A DNA stretch of 32,000 nucleotides, taken from the NCBI RefSeq assembly GCF_029232205.1, contig NZ_CP107255.1, forward strand, positions 330,001 to 362,000. The letters are read 5' to 3'. The number at the start of each line of letters is the position of its first letter. Position 1 is the stretch's first letter. Shown piece by piece: positions 1-8,600 of the stretch. The translations under genes and the position numbers were made by a program. The stretch is from Candidatus Saccharimonadota bacterium. GTDB taxonomy: Archaea; Nanohalarchaeota; Nanosalinia; Nanosalinales; Nanosalinaceae. Under the pieces are notes generated by a model. The model worked only from the letters and a program-made list of their open reading frames with translations, was not told where the DNA came from and ran no database searches.

Positions 1-1034
1 ACCATCAACCGCTCGATGTGGTGAGCATATGCATCATCCAATGCGTGACGAATAGAATCATCAACGGGTGGAAGGCCTGTACTTGCGCTGTAAAACTCTT
101 CTGGCATCGAGTTATCCGCGTTCCAGAAGTTGGCTTCCCTCATCCCTGGCTCCAGCTCGTACATCGCCCGTATGAATTCTCGCCACCCGATGATCTGTCT
201 CAGGAAACCTTCAAGAGAATTCATGGGGTAATCTTTCTCTTCATGGGCCTGTAGAGTTTTCTCTACTATTTCTTCCGGCGTCAAGAGGCCTAAATTGATT
301 GAAGAGGATAGCAGAGAGTGGAAGCCGAACTTGAGGTCTGGATCAATCGCGTCCTGGTAGTCACCGAACTTCTCTAATCTATTCTCAAGGAAGTCTTCAA
401 GATTTTTCAGGGCCTGTTCGCGTGTTGCCGGCCAGAAAAAATCCTCGATTTTCCCAGGATTTTCCGGAAAGTTTTCCTCCACGTATTCTTTCGCATCTTC
501 GACGTGCTGAGAAGAAAACTGTGGTATCTCCGGTTTTTCAATATCTTCCGGCATTTTCTTCCTGTTTTCGGGATCGAAACTCCATTTGCCTCCTTCAGGC
601 TTTCCTTCATCATCTACCAGTATGTTGAACTTTTTCCGCATCTGTTTGTAGTAGTTCAACTGGAAGTACTTGTGTGAAGAGAAGTATTTCTGGTTGAAAT
701 CCATCGAGGCCATGAAACCTGGGTTCTCCTCGAAAACTAGCTCGACATCGAACTTTTCCGCTAGGCCTTCCAGCTGGTTCCTAGCTTTGTGGTCTACAGG
801 ATTGTATATCCTGATTTTATCTTCTTTCTGGAAGATCTCGGCGATATCCTGGTCGTATTCGAAGTATTCGACGTTAAATTTCTCTGAGTAGGCCTTCATT
901 GAGGCCCGGTGTAGTATTAGCTTTTTTCTGTGGAAGTTGAAGTCTGTGAAGTATCTTGAGTGCTCTACGAGGTATTTTATGTCTTCATCTACTGGTTCTG
1001 GGAAGAGCTGGTTTGGGAGGATGATGGAGGCCAT
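1..1034 (-). CDS. Cryptochrome/photolyase-family protein (photolyase-related, COG3046 / FeS-BCP-like); N-terminal part only, ORF runs off the left edge
   Basis: My own minus-strand translation from the ATG (complement of 1032-1034) reads MASIILPNQLFPEPVDEDIKYLVEHSRYFTDFNFHRKKLILHRASMKAY...GKPEGGKWSFDPENRKKMP...LEGFLRQIIGWREFIRAMY...AYAHHIERLM and stays open to nt 1. It is absent from the ORF track because no stop lies in the window. The GGKWxFDxENR and GWREF/HHIERLM motifs are typical of this family. Confidence 0.7.
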   Translation of the reverse strand, partial: MASIILPNQLFPEPVDEDIKYLVEHSRYFTDFNFHRKKLILHRASMKAYSEKFNVEYFEYDQDIAEIFQKEDKIRIYNPVDHKARNQLEGLAEKFDVELVFEENPGFMASMDFNQKYFSSHKYFQLNYYKQMRKKFNILVDDEGKPEGGKWSFDPENRKKMPEDIEKPEIPQFSSQHVEDAKEYVEENFPENPGKIEDFFWPATREQALKNLEDFLENRLEKFGDYQDAIDPDLKFGFHSLLSSSINLGLLTPEEIVEKTLQAHEEKDYPMNSLEGFLRQIIGWREFIRAMYELEPGMREANFWNADNSMPEEFYSASTGLPPVDDSIRHALDDAYAHHIERLM

Positions 1035-1290
1035 ACTGTAAGGTCTAATGCTGAGTTATTTGTCCTTTTTTGTTTCCTGTCTGGCCTTATCCCCAAACTG
1101 TTTTTCTTCTGATCGGCCGTCGTTAGTTTTTCTTTTTGGAGGTCTTATTCCCTGATTTTCTTGATTCTAATGCTGTTTCAGGCCTTGATTTCTGCAGTAA
1201 AGCTCTGTATCTATAGGGAAAAAGGTTTATAATTGATTTTGCAGAATTTCTGGCCTTGTTTTGATAAGTGAAAGGGTTACAGTTTGGTTT

Positions 1291-1506
1291 ATGGATTCAA
1301 CTCAAGCTAAGTTGCTTTTTCCAGTAGGTGCAGTACTGGAGTTTCTGGGAGCGCTGACATTAATCACCAACGATGGAGCCTTAATCTCCAAAGTTGATCT
1401 TGGATTTAGCATTCCAGCTATCCTGCCTGTAGAAGTTCAGGGGATAGGGCTCCTGGCTGCTGGAGGTCTACTAACGGCATTTGCCATAAAGGAGATAAGT
1501 AGCTAG
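1291..1506 (+). CDS. Small hydrophobic membrane protein, hypothetical (the ORF track starts at TTG 1261; ATG 1291 preferred)
   Basis: ORF 1261..1506. The part from MDSTQAKLLFPVGAVLEFLGALTLI... has two hydrophobic segments. A TATA-like TTTATAA lies at 1226-1232 upstream. Confidence 0.4.
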   Translation: MDSTQAKLLFPVGAVLEFLGALTLITNDGALISKVDLGFSIPAILPVEVQGIGLLAAGGLLTAFAIKEISS

Positions 1507-1595
1507 TTAAAACCCTAGACTCCTTACAAAAATTCTCTTCTTTTATCTTTACGCTATGAGAAAATAGGCCTAAAATTTGAGCTTTATATCTAATA

Positions 1596-1871
1596 ATGAG
1601 CGATCCAATTTATTCCAGCAAATTAAAAAGCATAGGCCCTTATTTTAGATGTATGAATACAAAACTGAAAGAGGCCATTCTCAGAGGCCTGTCTGCATCA
1701 GTTTTTTCGGCAGTAGCAACATATCTGGGCCTGAGAGCATGGATAACTCTAAGTATCAGTGTAGGGCCTGTGACAAAGCTTTACTCGCTGGTTGATGCGG
1801 CTACAGTTCTTGCAGCAGTGCTTGCCTTTTTCACTACGGCATTGGCATCGTATACTTCAATGGAGGAATGA
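1596..1871 (+). CDS. Small membrane protein, hypothetical
   Basis: 91-aa ORF with two hydrophobic helices (SASVFSAVATYLGL, AATVLAAVLAFFTTALA). Its stop overlaps the next gene's start (ATGA at 1868-1871). The start is uncertain; an alternative ATG lies at 1653. Confidence 0.4.
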   Translation: MSDPIYSSKLKSIGPYFRCMNTKLKEAILRGLSASVFSAVATYLGLRAWITLSISVGPVTKLYSLVDAATVLAAVLAFFTTALASYTSMEE

Positions 1872-2272
1872 TTTTTATCGGGTTTAGAGAGATTTTAGAG
1901 AGACGTAAAATAGAACTTGCCGGGCTTCTATCCCTTCTAGTAGTTACAGTGTTGAATCAAATAGCCCGAACTCCGTTAATTTACATATTTACGGTAATTG
2001 GGCTTATAGCAACAGTTTATGTCTCTAAAAAGTTCAAGGCCCAGTTTAATGTCAAGCTTTTCTTCAAGAGGACCGAGGGCTGGAACTGGTGGTCAGGCGC
2101 ATTTGCAGGGGTTCTGGCGTTCATGATGAGTACGTACGCCCAGACAATTGAAGCAGGATTTCCACAGGCCATGGCAGAGATTTCCGCAATCACAGTCTTC
2201 GTCACGCTGATGACCACGCTTTTGTACGGCTCAATCCTTCAGGACATCCAGAAAGAAGAAATAGAGTTATGA
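1868..2272 (+). CDS. Membrane protein, hypothetical (about 4 TM)
   Basis: 134-aa ORF with several hydrophobic stretches, translationally coupled to the upstream ORF. Confidence 0.5.
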   Translation: MIFIGFREILERRKIELAGLLSLLVVTVLNQIARTPLIYIFTVIGLIATVYVSKKFKAQFNVKLFFKRTEGWNWWSGAFAGVLAFMMSTYAQTIEAGFPQAMAEISAITVFVTLMTTLLYGSILQDIQKEEIEL

Positions 2273-2303
2273 AAAAGGGAGAGTTTTGTTACGGATTCTG
2301 GTG

Positions 2304-3077
2304 TCAGTAAGTGAAGTTTATGTCGGCTCTCACCTGTAAATCTTCTTCGGCTGCTGATCCAAAGTACGAGAATCTTTTGATCTTGCCGTTACCTCTGGAG
2401 ATCCATGCATAGGCCTTTGCCTCTTCAAAGCTTGACAGCTCCTGCTCGTCGTCCGTTGAGGCTTCATCATCGCTGACTACGTGGACCTCAAATATGTCTG
2501 CGTAATTTTCTAGGAGGTCTTCTTTGTCTGGCTGAATCTTAACGAGGATTTCCGAACTGTTTTCACCGGTTGTGCCAAGAACTGTACTGTTTCTAAAGTT
2601 AATTCTGTCGACCGCAGATACTGAAAGGCCTAACTCCTTCCTGCTTAAGGACTCAGATATTTTCTCCGAGCTATTTTCCATGTTAACAATTTCGGTTTCG
2701 GTTCTGTCAGGATAGGTTTCTATATTTTTCACAGGTTGAGGTGAATCTTTGGAGCTTTCTCCGAGACCGAAGCCGATACTGGTGATGGATGTAGTGTTCG
2801 AGTAGGATTTGTTGAAAACACCTTCAGAACTCAAATTTAATCTCATCGGAGCTACTGGTGTCCTCATCAAAACTTTGAACTCGGAGCTTATCTCGTAAAC
2901 ACTGTAATTCTGTGAAAAAGCATTATCAAGTAAAGAACCGGCAGATGAGTTAAAACTAATATCTTCATGGCCTGTATCAAAGTTTTTATTCAAGCTGGCA
3001 TCGCCTCCTGAAATACAGCCGGATGTAGCCACAACCAGAACCAAAATACAGATAGGAAACAGTTTTCTTCGTTCCAT
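2304..3077 (-). CDS. Secreted acidic lipoprotein with Tat-like signal, hypothetical (the ORF track extends to 3098)
   Basis: The N-terminus MERRKLFPICILVLVVATSGC combines a twin-arginine motif (RRKLF), a hydrophobic core and a lipobox-like TSGC. The rest is Ser/Glu/Asp-rich with no recognisable family. I chose the start at the Met preceding RR. Confidence 0.55.
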   Translation of the reverse strand: MERRKLFPICILVLVVATSGCISGGDASLNKNFDTGHEDISFNSSAGSLLDNAFSQNYSVYEISSEFKVLMRTPVAPMRLNLSSEGVFNKSYSNTTSITSIGFGLGESSKDSPQPVKNIETYPDRTETEIVNMENSSEKISESLSRKELGLSVSAVDRINFRNSTVLGTTGENSSEILVKIQPDKEDLLENYADIFEVHVVSDDEASTDDEQELSSFEEAKAYAWISRGNGKIKRFSYFGSAAEEDLQVRADINFTY

Positions 3078-3172
3078 AGACAAAAACATATTCTGCAAAA
3101 AATTTTTTCAATCAATTCCCTGGCCTAGAATCAATAACTCACATTTTTCAAAATCTGCCCAGAAACAAGTAC

Positions 3173-3895
3173 ATGGAAATCGATAACTCGGAAGAAAGAA
3201 TCAGAAACATCCATCAGGATCTCCTAGATGTGTATGGAGAACAGAACTGGCACGACAACGACGACGGCGTCAGACAGCTTCTCATAACAATACTCTCACA
3301 GAACGTAGCAGATACAAATACTGCCAGAGCAGCGGAAAATCTGTTCAACGACTTCAAAGACTACAAAGAAATCGAAGAGACCTCTATAGAAAAACTAGCA
3401 GAATCCATCAATCCAGCAGGCCTTCCAGAGACAAAAGCCAAGAGAATACAGAGAACACTGAAGGCCTTGAGGGAGCATGGAGATTCTGAGGATTACTCTG
3501 TGGACTTTCTCGGCGAGATGGAGGATTCGGATGCGCAGGCCTGGCTTGAAGAGATCAAAGGTATCGGCCCGAAGACTGCAAGCGTTTTACTGAATTTTCA
3601 CTTCGATGCGAACGTCATGCCTGTCGATACGCACGTGGAGAGGATTGCCAAAAGATTCAGGCTGATTCCATTTTCATCTTCAAATGGGAAGGCTCACGAA
3701 TTACTGAATGAGGCCGTTCCTCACGAGATCAAGAACAGCTTCCACATGCTGATGATTGAACATGGGAAGAACAACTGCACAGCCAGAAATCCTACATGCG
3801 AAAATACAAAGCTGAAAAAGTACTGCAGCTACTACGAAAAAGTTATCGAAGGCGATTTAACGCCTGAAGAGTATCCTCCGGAGGCCTGGGAATAG
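3173..3895 (+). CDS. nth: Endonuclease III-like HhH-GPD DNA glycosylase
   Basis: Motifs LLITILSQNVADTNTARAAENLF, the HhH segment IKGIGPKTASVLLNF, PVDTHVERIAKRF, and a C-terminal Cys cluster CTARNPTCENTKLKKYC. Confidence 0.8.
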   Translation: MEIDNSEERIRNIHQDLLDVYGEQNWHDNDDGVRQLLITILSQNVADTNTARAAENLFNDFKDYKEIEETSIEKLAESINPAGLPETKAKRIQRTLKALREHGDSEDYSVDFLGEMEDSDAQAWLEEIKGIGPKTASVLLNFHFDANVMPVDTHVERIAKRFRLIPFSSSNGKAHELLNEAVPHEIKNSFHMLMIEHGKNNCTARNPTCENTKLKKYCSYYEKVIEGDLTPEEYPPEAWE

Positions 3896-4501
3896 ATGGA
3901 TCTTGAAGAGGCACTGGAGAACTGGTCATCCATCAAGAAGTTCACGGATGAAGAAATAGAGGAAGGGAAACTTGAGAAAATTTTCGACTTAACCACTAAG
4001 GCTCCGACAGCTTTCAATTTACAGCCGTACAGATTTATCGTTCTGGACTCGGAAGAAGCGAAAGAAAAGGCCGTAGACTCTGCGATACCGGTCAACAGAT
4101 GGATCCAGTACGCCGACAAAATCGTGGTTCTAGTCGGAGATGAAGAAATAGATGTGAACGCCGATGAAGTCCTCAATCACAAGTTGGAGGAAGGAAAAAT
4201 CGACGAAGAGAAAGCAGAAAATCTTCGAGACATGTACGAGAGGTACAAGGCCCGTGATGAAGAATTCATGACGGGCTGGCTAACGAGAAACACGATGATT
4301 CCGGCGACGTTCTTCATGCTGGCCTGTAAAAATTATGGGGTCGGCTCATGCCCTGTCAGAGGCTTCAGCCAGCCAAAACTATCGGAAAAACTGGATCTGA
4401 AAGATTCTGAAAGGCCTATTCTGTTGATTCCTATCGGCTATCCTAATGAAGAAGATAGGAACTGGCGGAGAAAAGGAGAAGAAATTTTTGAGATTCGCTG
4501 A
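3896..4501 (+). CDS. Nitroreductase-family oxidoreductase
   Basis: The N-terminus LEEALENWSSIKKFTDEEIEEGKLEKIFDLTTKAPTAFNLQPYRFIVL is the classic nitroreductase signature. The ATG directly abuts the nth stop (TAGATG). Confidence 0.75.
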   Translation: MDLEEALENWSSIKKFTDEEIEEGKLEKIFDLTTKAPTAFNLQPYRFIVLDSEEAKEKAVDSAIPVNRWIQYADKIVVLVGDEEIDVNADEVLNHKLEEGKIDEEKAENLRDMYERYKARDEEFMTGWLTRNTMIPATFFMLACKNYGVGSCPVRGFSQPKLSEKLDLKDSERPILLIPIGYPNEEDRNWRRKGEEIFEIR

Positions 4502-4519
4502 CTTTTTATTTTCTGACAT

Positions 4520-4546
4520 CTGTCGAAGGCCTCGACAGGGTTTTTT
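4520..4546 (+). terminator. Hairpin plus T6 run downstream of the nitroreductase gene
   Basis: ctgtcga-aggcc-tcgacag forms a 7-bp perfect stem with a 5-nt loop (4520-4538), followed by gg and tttttt (4541-4546). It lies 19 nt after the stop codon. Confidence 0.5.
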
Positions 4547-4571
4547 ATCTTAGAGGTGGTATTTGTTGGGT

Positions 4572-5054
4572 ATGGATTTCAGGATTTGGGGAGGCCTTGT
4601 TTTTGTAGTGGTTGTTCTGGTTTCTGCTGGATTCTTGTTTTCTCAATCTTGGGAGAGAGGTTCCTCGGATCTTGTTAATGCAAGTTTTTCGGGTTCTTCA
4701 AGTGCGTGGGCGGTATTGGAGGTAGCTGATAATGATACTGAGAGGAGTGAAGGCCTTATGAATGTCTCGAGTATGGATGAGAGGAGAGGAATGCTCTTCG
4801 AATTTGAGGAAGAGGCCCAGAGAACTTTCTGGATGAAGAATACTCTTATTCCGCTGGATATGATTTTTCTGACTGAGGATAGAGATGTTATCAATGTTGA
4901 GACTGCTTATCCGGAACCGAATACAAGTGATGAGGATCTTGAGCGTTATAGCAGCGATGAGCCGGCAAAGTATGTTATAGAGGTTAATGCTGGGTTTGCA
5001 GAGAAGTATTCTATCGAGGAAGGTTCATCTGTAGAATGGAGTAAGTTGGAATAA
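4572..5054 (+). CDS. DUF192 (COG1430) domain protein with N-terminal membrane anchor
   Basis: RSEGLMNVSSMDERRGMLFEFEEEAQRTFWMKNTLIPLDMIFL...YVIEVNAGFAEKYSIEEGSSVEW matches the DUF192 pattern. ATG 4572 is preferred over the track's TTG 4563 because a TATA-like TTTTTATCT (4542-4550) sits about 26 nt upstream. Confidence 0.7.
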   Translation: MDFRIWGGLVFVVVVLVSAGFLFSQSWERGSSDLVNASFSGSSSAWAVLEVADNDTERSEGLMNVSSMDERRGMLFEFEEEAQRTFWMKNTLIPLDMIFLTEDRDVINVETAYPEPNTSDEDLERYSSDEPAKYVIEVNAGFAEKYSIEEGSSVEWSKLE

Positions 5055-5075
5055 TTAAAAAGAAAATATGTGTGG

Positions 5076-5094
5076 AAGGCCTTTTTGGGCCTTT
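5076..5094. terminator. Hairpin in a convergent intergenic region (possible bidirectional terminator)
   Basis: aaggcc-tttttg-ggcctt forms a 6-7 bp stem between the DUF192 stop (5054) and the RNase J stop (5093-5095). It is flanked by T-runs on one strand and A-runs on the other. Confidence 0.4.
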
Positions 5095-6406
5095 ACTGGT
5101 CCAGGTTGATGCATTTGCCGTTTTCGCTGACGAAAACGTCGTCGCCTAGACTGTATCCTTCTTCTCTTGCGAGTTCTACGTAGTCGCCGAGTTTCTGGAT
5201 TGTTCCGTGTGAAGGAATGATGTTGTCTGGCTGTAGGAAGTCGATGAAGTCTCTGTGGTCTTCCTTGTGTGCGTGACCTGTTGTGTGGATTCCTGGGTAG
5301 ATTCTGACACCTTTCTCTCTCATTTTCTCTTCAAGCTCGTATCTGTTGGCTTCGTTGACTGGGCTTGGAATTACCTGTGAGGAGAAGATTACGTGGTCGC
5401 CTTCGTTGAAGTCGAATCCGTATGTTCCGGATGCGATCTTGTCAAGCTGTGCGCCTTTCTCTCCCTGGTTTCCTGTTGCAACGACAAGCCATTCGTCTCT
5501 TTCGCCGTCAACACGGCTCATCAGGTCGTCACATTCGTCGAAGTATGAAACTACTTCGATCTGGCTTGTGTCGATCAGGTCTAGTTCTTCTGCTGATTCA
5601 ACGTATTCTCTGAGTGATCTTCCGACGAACGCGATCTTTCTGCGGCCGTTGTTGGCTTCGATGATCGAGTTCAGTCTGCTGATCTGGCTTGAGAATGTTG
5701 ACATGATTACTGCGCCGCCTGCCTGATAGCAGGAGTTCAGTACGTCTCCAAGTTCGACTTCGACAGATTTCTCTGATCGGGCCCTTCCTGGCTCTGAAAC
5801 TCTTGTTGTTCCAGGGATCATGGCCTTCACTCCTTCCTCTCCAACTTCCTTCAGTCTCTCGACATCGGTAGTTTTCTCGATTACAGGGCTTCTGTCGATC
5901 TTCATGTCGTTTCCGTAGACTACGTAGCCTTCGGAAGTGTCCAGAAGACTTAGAGTTGCGTCAGGGATTGAGTGGTTCACGTGAGCAAATTCAAGAGTGA
6001 ATTCGCCTGAGATCTCCATCTCATCTCCTTTCTCAACTGTAATCAACTGGTTGTCGACATTCTTGCGATCGTCGTCAATCATTCTTTCTACGATTTTACC
6101 GGTGTAAGGAGTGCAGTAGATAGGACAGTCGTGACTGCCGGCAAGCTTTGGAATGCCTCCGACGTGGTCAAGGTGTCCGTGACCTATTACAATTCCTACA
6201 ACGTTTTTATCAAGAACTGGCTCATCCTCAGGGACTGCGCCAATGTCTAAACTCTGGTTTGTTGTCATCTCGTCAACATGGCCTTCAGCAGAGACAACGC
6301 TCTCCATATCGTAACCCATGTCGAAAATGACTACTTCTCCGTTAACTTCTACGGCCGTCATGTTCTTTCCTACTTCTTCATAACCGCCAAGTGTGTAAAC
6401 TTTCAT
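5093..6406 (-). CDS. rnj: Archaeal RNase J (metallo-beta-lactamase / beta-CASP ribonuclease)
   Basis: MKVYTLGGYEEVGKNMTAVEVNGEVVIFDMG, the HGHLDHVGG metal motif, a length of about 437 aa, and a C-terminal HTTGHA..H motif. Confidence 0.85.
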   Translation of the reverse strand: MKVYTLGGYEEVGKNMTAVEVNGEVVIFDMGYDMESVVSAEGHVDEMTTNQSLDIGAVPEDEPVLDKNVVGIVIGHGHLDHVGGIPKLAGSHDCPIYCTPYTGKIVERMIDDDRKNVDNQLITVEKGDEMEISGEFTLEFAHVNHSIPDATLSLLDTSEGYVVYGNDMKIDRSPVIEKTTDVERLKEVGEEGVKAMIPGTTRVSEPGRARSEKSVEVELGDVLNSCYQAGGAVIMSTFSSQISRLNSIIEANNGRRKIAFVGRSLREYVESAEELDLIDTSQIEVVSYFDECDDLMSRVDGERDEWLVVATGNQGEKGAQLDKIASGTYGFDFNEGDHVIFSSQVIPSPVNEANRYELEEKMREKGVRIYPGIHTTGHAHKEDHRDFIDFLQPDNIIPSHGTIQKLGDYVELAREEGYSLGDDVFVSENGKCINLDQ

Positions 6407-6450
6407 AAAGTGATTTTCACCTTTTAATAGGAAAAGATTTCAATGCAAGT

Positions 6451-6458
6451 TTTATAAA
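6451..6458. promoter_or_regulatory. Palindromic TATA-like box TTTATAAA in the divergent rnj/gatD intergenic region
   Basis: It lies 45 nt upstream of the rnj ATG (6406). An SD-like AGGTGA (complement of 6417-6422) sits 10 nt before that ATG. Confidence 0.4.
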
Positions 6459-6491
6459 ACGGAATCTGGCCTCAGACCAAGCCCATACAGA

Positions 6492-6498
6492 TTATTAA
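6492..6498 (+). promoter_or_regulatory. TATA-like TTATTAA, about 29 nt upstream of the gatD ATG (leaderless configuration)
   Basis: The spacing to ATG 6524 matches the archaeal TATA-to-TSS distance, and there is no SD between them. Confidence 0.4.
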
Positions 6499-6523
6499 GC
6501 TTTCATATTCCACCACGATTTAG

Positions 6524-7816
6524 ATGTATTCTGAACAAATCCGAGGCCGACTGGAAGAGAAAGACATTGAAATCGGAGACACAATCAAAGTAAACGACAG
6601 AGAAGGACGATTAATGCCTAAACCAGAGAGCGGAGACCCTGCAGTAGTAGTTCTCAAACTTGAATCAGGATACAACGTAGGCCTCGAACCAGAAAACATC
6701 GAACTGGTAGAAAAAAACGAAAGCTCGGAGAGAGAAAGGCCTGAAATAGAACACGACGAAGAAAAACCAGATATTCTAATTCTACACACAGGAGGAACAA
6801 TCGCCTCCAGAGTATCATACGAGGAAGGAGGGGTAAAACCGGCCTTTGAACCAGAAGACCTTCTAGAAATGTATCCAGAACTTGCTGAAGAAGTCAATAT
6901 CCACAGCAAAGTAGTTGCACAGATGTTCTCGGAGGACATGGAGCCAGGCCACTGGCAGCAAATAGCAGAAAAAATAGTTGAAGAAAAAGACGACTACGAT
7001 GGAATAATTCTGGGCCACGGAACCGATACAATGGCCTATACAGGAGCAGCACTCAGCCTCATGCTTCAGAACATCGACACAGGAGTTATGATTGTAGGTT
7101 CTCAGAGATCCTCCGATAGGCCGAGCAGCGACGCCGCAATGAACATGTACTGTGCGTCAAGATTCCTGAATGAAACAGATTTCACAGGATTCGGAATCTG
7201 CATGCATGAATCAAGCAGCGACGACTACTGCACAATTCTGCCACCGCAGAAAACAAGAAAAATGCATACTTCCCGGAGAGATGCCTTCCAGGCCGTAAAC
7301 CAGACTCATCTTGGCCGCGTAAACTACGAAACAGGAGAAGTAGAGGAAAATTTCTCTCAGAAAAACGGCGAATTCAAGAAAAATACCGAACTTAACGAAA
7401 ACGTCGGCTTTCTGAAGACAAGGCCTGGAATGGGTCCTGAAGAGATCGAATTCTTGATTGAACAGGGCTACGATGGTGTTGTCCTGGAAGGAACAGGCCT
7501 AGGCCATCTGCCAGTTAACAATCTTGAGGATGGAAAGACAGGCCATCACGAAGAAATACTTGCAAAGCTAGAGGAACTTGCTGAAGATACAATGGTTGTA
7601 ATGACTTCTCAGTGTATCTTTGGCAGGATTGACATGGATGTGTATGATACAGGCCTCAAGATACAGGATGCTGGAGTAATCTCGGCTGAGGACATGCATC
7701 CTGAACTGGCCTACGTCAAGATGATGTGGGTTCTAGCGAATTCTGAAAATCCAGAAGAAGATTTCACCAGTAATTTCGCAGGAGAAGTAACGATGCGGTC
7801 GATGTACGATGAGTGA
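6524..7816 (+). CDS. gatD: Glu-tRNA(Gln) amidotransferase subunit D
   Basis: An N-terminal AD domain followed by an asparaginase-like core: ILHTGGTIAS, ILGHGTDTMAYT, VVLEGTGLGH. Confidence 0.9.
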   Translation: MYSEQIRGRLEEKDIEIGDTIKVNDREGRLMPKPESGDPAVVVLKLESGYNVGLEPENIELVEKNESSERERPEIEHDEEKPDILILHTGGTIASRVSYEEGGVKPAFEPEDLLEMYPELAEEVNIHSKVVAQMFSEDMEPGHWQQIAEKIVEEKDDYDGIILGHGTDTMAYTGAALSLMLQNIDTGVMIVGSQRSSDRPSSDAAMNMYCASRFLNETDFTGFGICMHESSSDDYCTILPPQKTRKMHTSRRDAFQAVNQTHLGRVNYETGEVEENFSQKNGEFKKNTELNENVGFLKTRPGMGPEEIEFLIEQGYDGVVLEGTGLGHLPVNNLEDGKTGHHEEILAKLEELAEDTMVVMTSQCIFGRIDMDVYDTGLKIQDAGVISAEDMHPELAYVKMMWVLANSENPEEDFTSNFAGEVTMRSMYDE

Positions 7817-8060
7817 TAACGAGATGCTGGATGAATTCGATAAAAAAGCAAAGAAATTTCTTGAAAGCGGAAAAAAGGAGAGAGTGCTTGATATCCTCAG
7901 AGAATTTGCATTAGTAGTCTCGTACGACAATGGAAAAGAGCTTGACAATCCTAAACGGTTTATGGACCAGCAGGGATTTGACGAAATAGAAATTGACGAC
8001 TTTACAGAGTACCAGGTTGCAAAATCAATGATAAGAGATCAGGTAAAGAGGTCAGCTTAA
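7809..8060 (+). CDS. Small acidic hypothetical protein (83 aa)
   Basis: Its ATG overlaps the gatD stop (ATGAGTGA) and its stop abuts the next ATG (TAAATG). I recognise no family. Confidence 0.5.
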   Translation: MSDNEMLDEFDKKAKKFLESGKKERVLDILREFALVVSYDNGKELDNPKRFMDQQGFDEIEIDDFTEYQVAKSMIRDQVKRSA

Positions 8061-8600
8061 ATGACAGATATCTATGGCGTAACTGGAATGCCTCTAGCAG
8101 GAAAAACTACAGTTGCAGAAATGATGAAAGACGAAGACTTCGTGGTCCTGGACATGGGCGACGTGGTCAGAACAGAGATGCAGAAAAGAAATATTGGAAC
8201 GGCCTCAACAGGAGACTTCGTGAACTCGATGAGAGATGAGCACGGCATGGATGCCATAGCACAGCTCAGCATACCGTACCTGGAAGAAATTATCGATGAA
8301 AAAGACAGGATAGTAATCACAGGAATGAGAGGCTGGAATGAGAAGAAAAGATTCGAGAAGGAAACAGGAGAGGAAATAGAAGTTCTTGGAGTCTGGGCCT
8401 CACGAGAGACCCGCAGAAAAAGAAGAGAAGAAAGACAGAGAGAAGAAGACATCGAGGGAGACGACTTCGAGGAAAGAGATATCAGAGAGATCGAGAACGG
8501 GGTTGGAAAACTAATGTCTCTCAGCGACTACATGATCAAAAACGACGGTATAACAGAAGAAAAACTAAGAGAGAAGGTGAAGAGCGTTGTCAGAAATTAA
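8061..8600 (+). CDS. P-loop nucleotide kinase, archaeal UPF0200 / dephospho-CoA-kinase-like family
   Basis: IYGVTGMPLAGKTTVAEMM (Walker A), MGDVVRTEM, VITGMRG, and a C-terminal SDYMIKNDGITEEKLREKV resemble archaeal UPF0200 proteins. Confidence 0.65.
   Translation: MTDIYGVTGMPLAGKTTVAEMMKDEDFVVLDMGDVVRTEMQKRNIGTASTGDFVNSMRDEHGMDAIAQLSIPYLEEIIDEKDRIVITGMRGWNEKKRFEKETGEEIEVLGVWASRETRRKRREERQREEDIEGDDFEERDIREIENGVGKLMSLSDYMIKNDGITEEKLREKVKSVVRN

Noticed and set aside
1261-1290. A TTG start at 1261 for the first small membrane protein.
   Set aside because: The hydrophobic protein body begins after ATG 1291, and the extra 10 residues have no support. The TATA-like box at 1226-1232 would place the TSS near 1255-1260, so either start remains possible. 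The call is kept at low confidence.
6520-6939. Long antisense ORFs opposite well-supported genes: 6520..6939, 8072..8452, 8814..9104, 9111..9428, 9515..9799, 10534..10986, 11056..11370, 11449..11811, 11812..12135, 21068..21397, 26774..27154, 29375..29791 and 31186..31518.
   Set aside because: All lie opposite genes with strong family signatures. Their translations are low-complexity (Ser/Leu/Pro-rich), as expected from reading purine-rich GAA/GAG/GGN sense strands backwards. None has a promoter or independent support.
7809-8060. orf83 as a GatC-like third amidotransferase subunit.
   Set aside because: GatDE does not use GatC, and the sequence shows none of the GatC pattern I know. The only link is its position.
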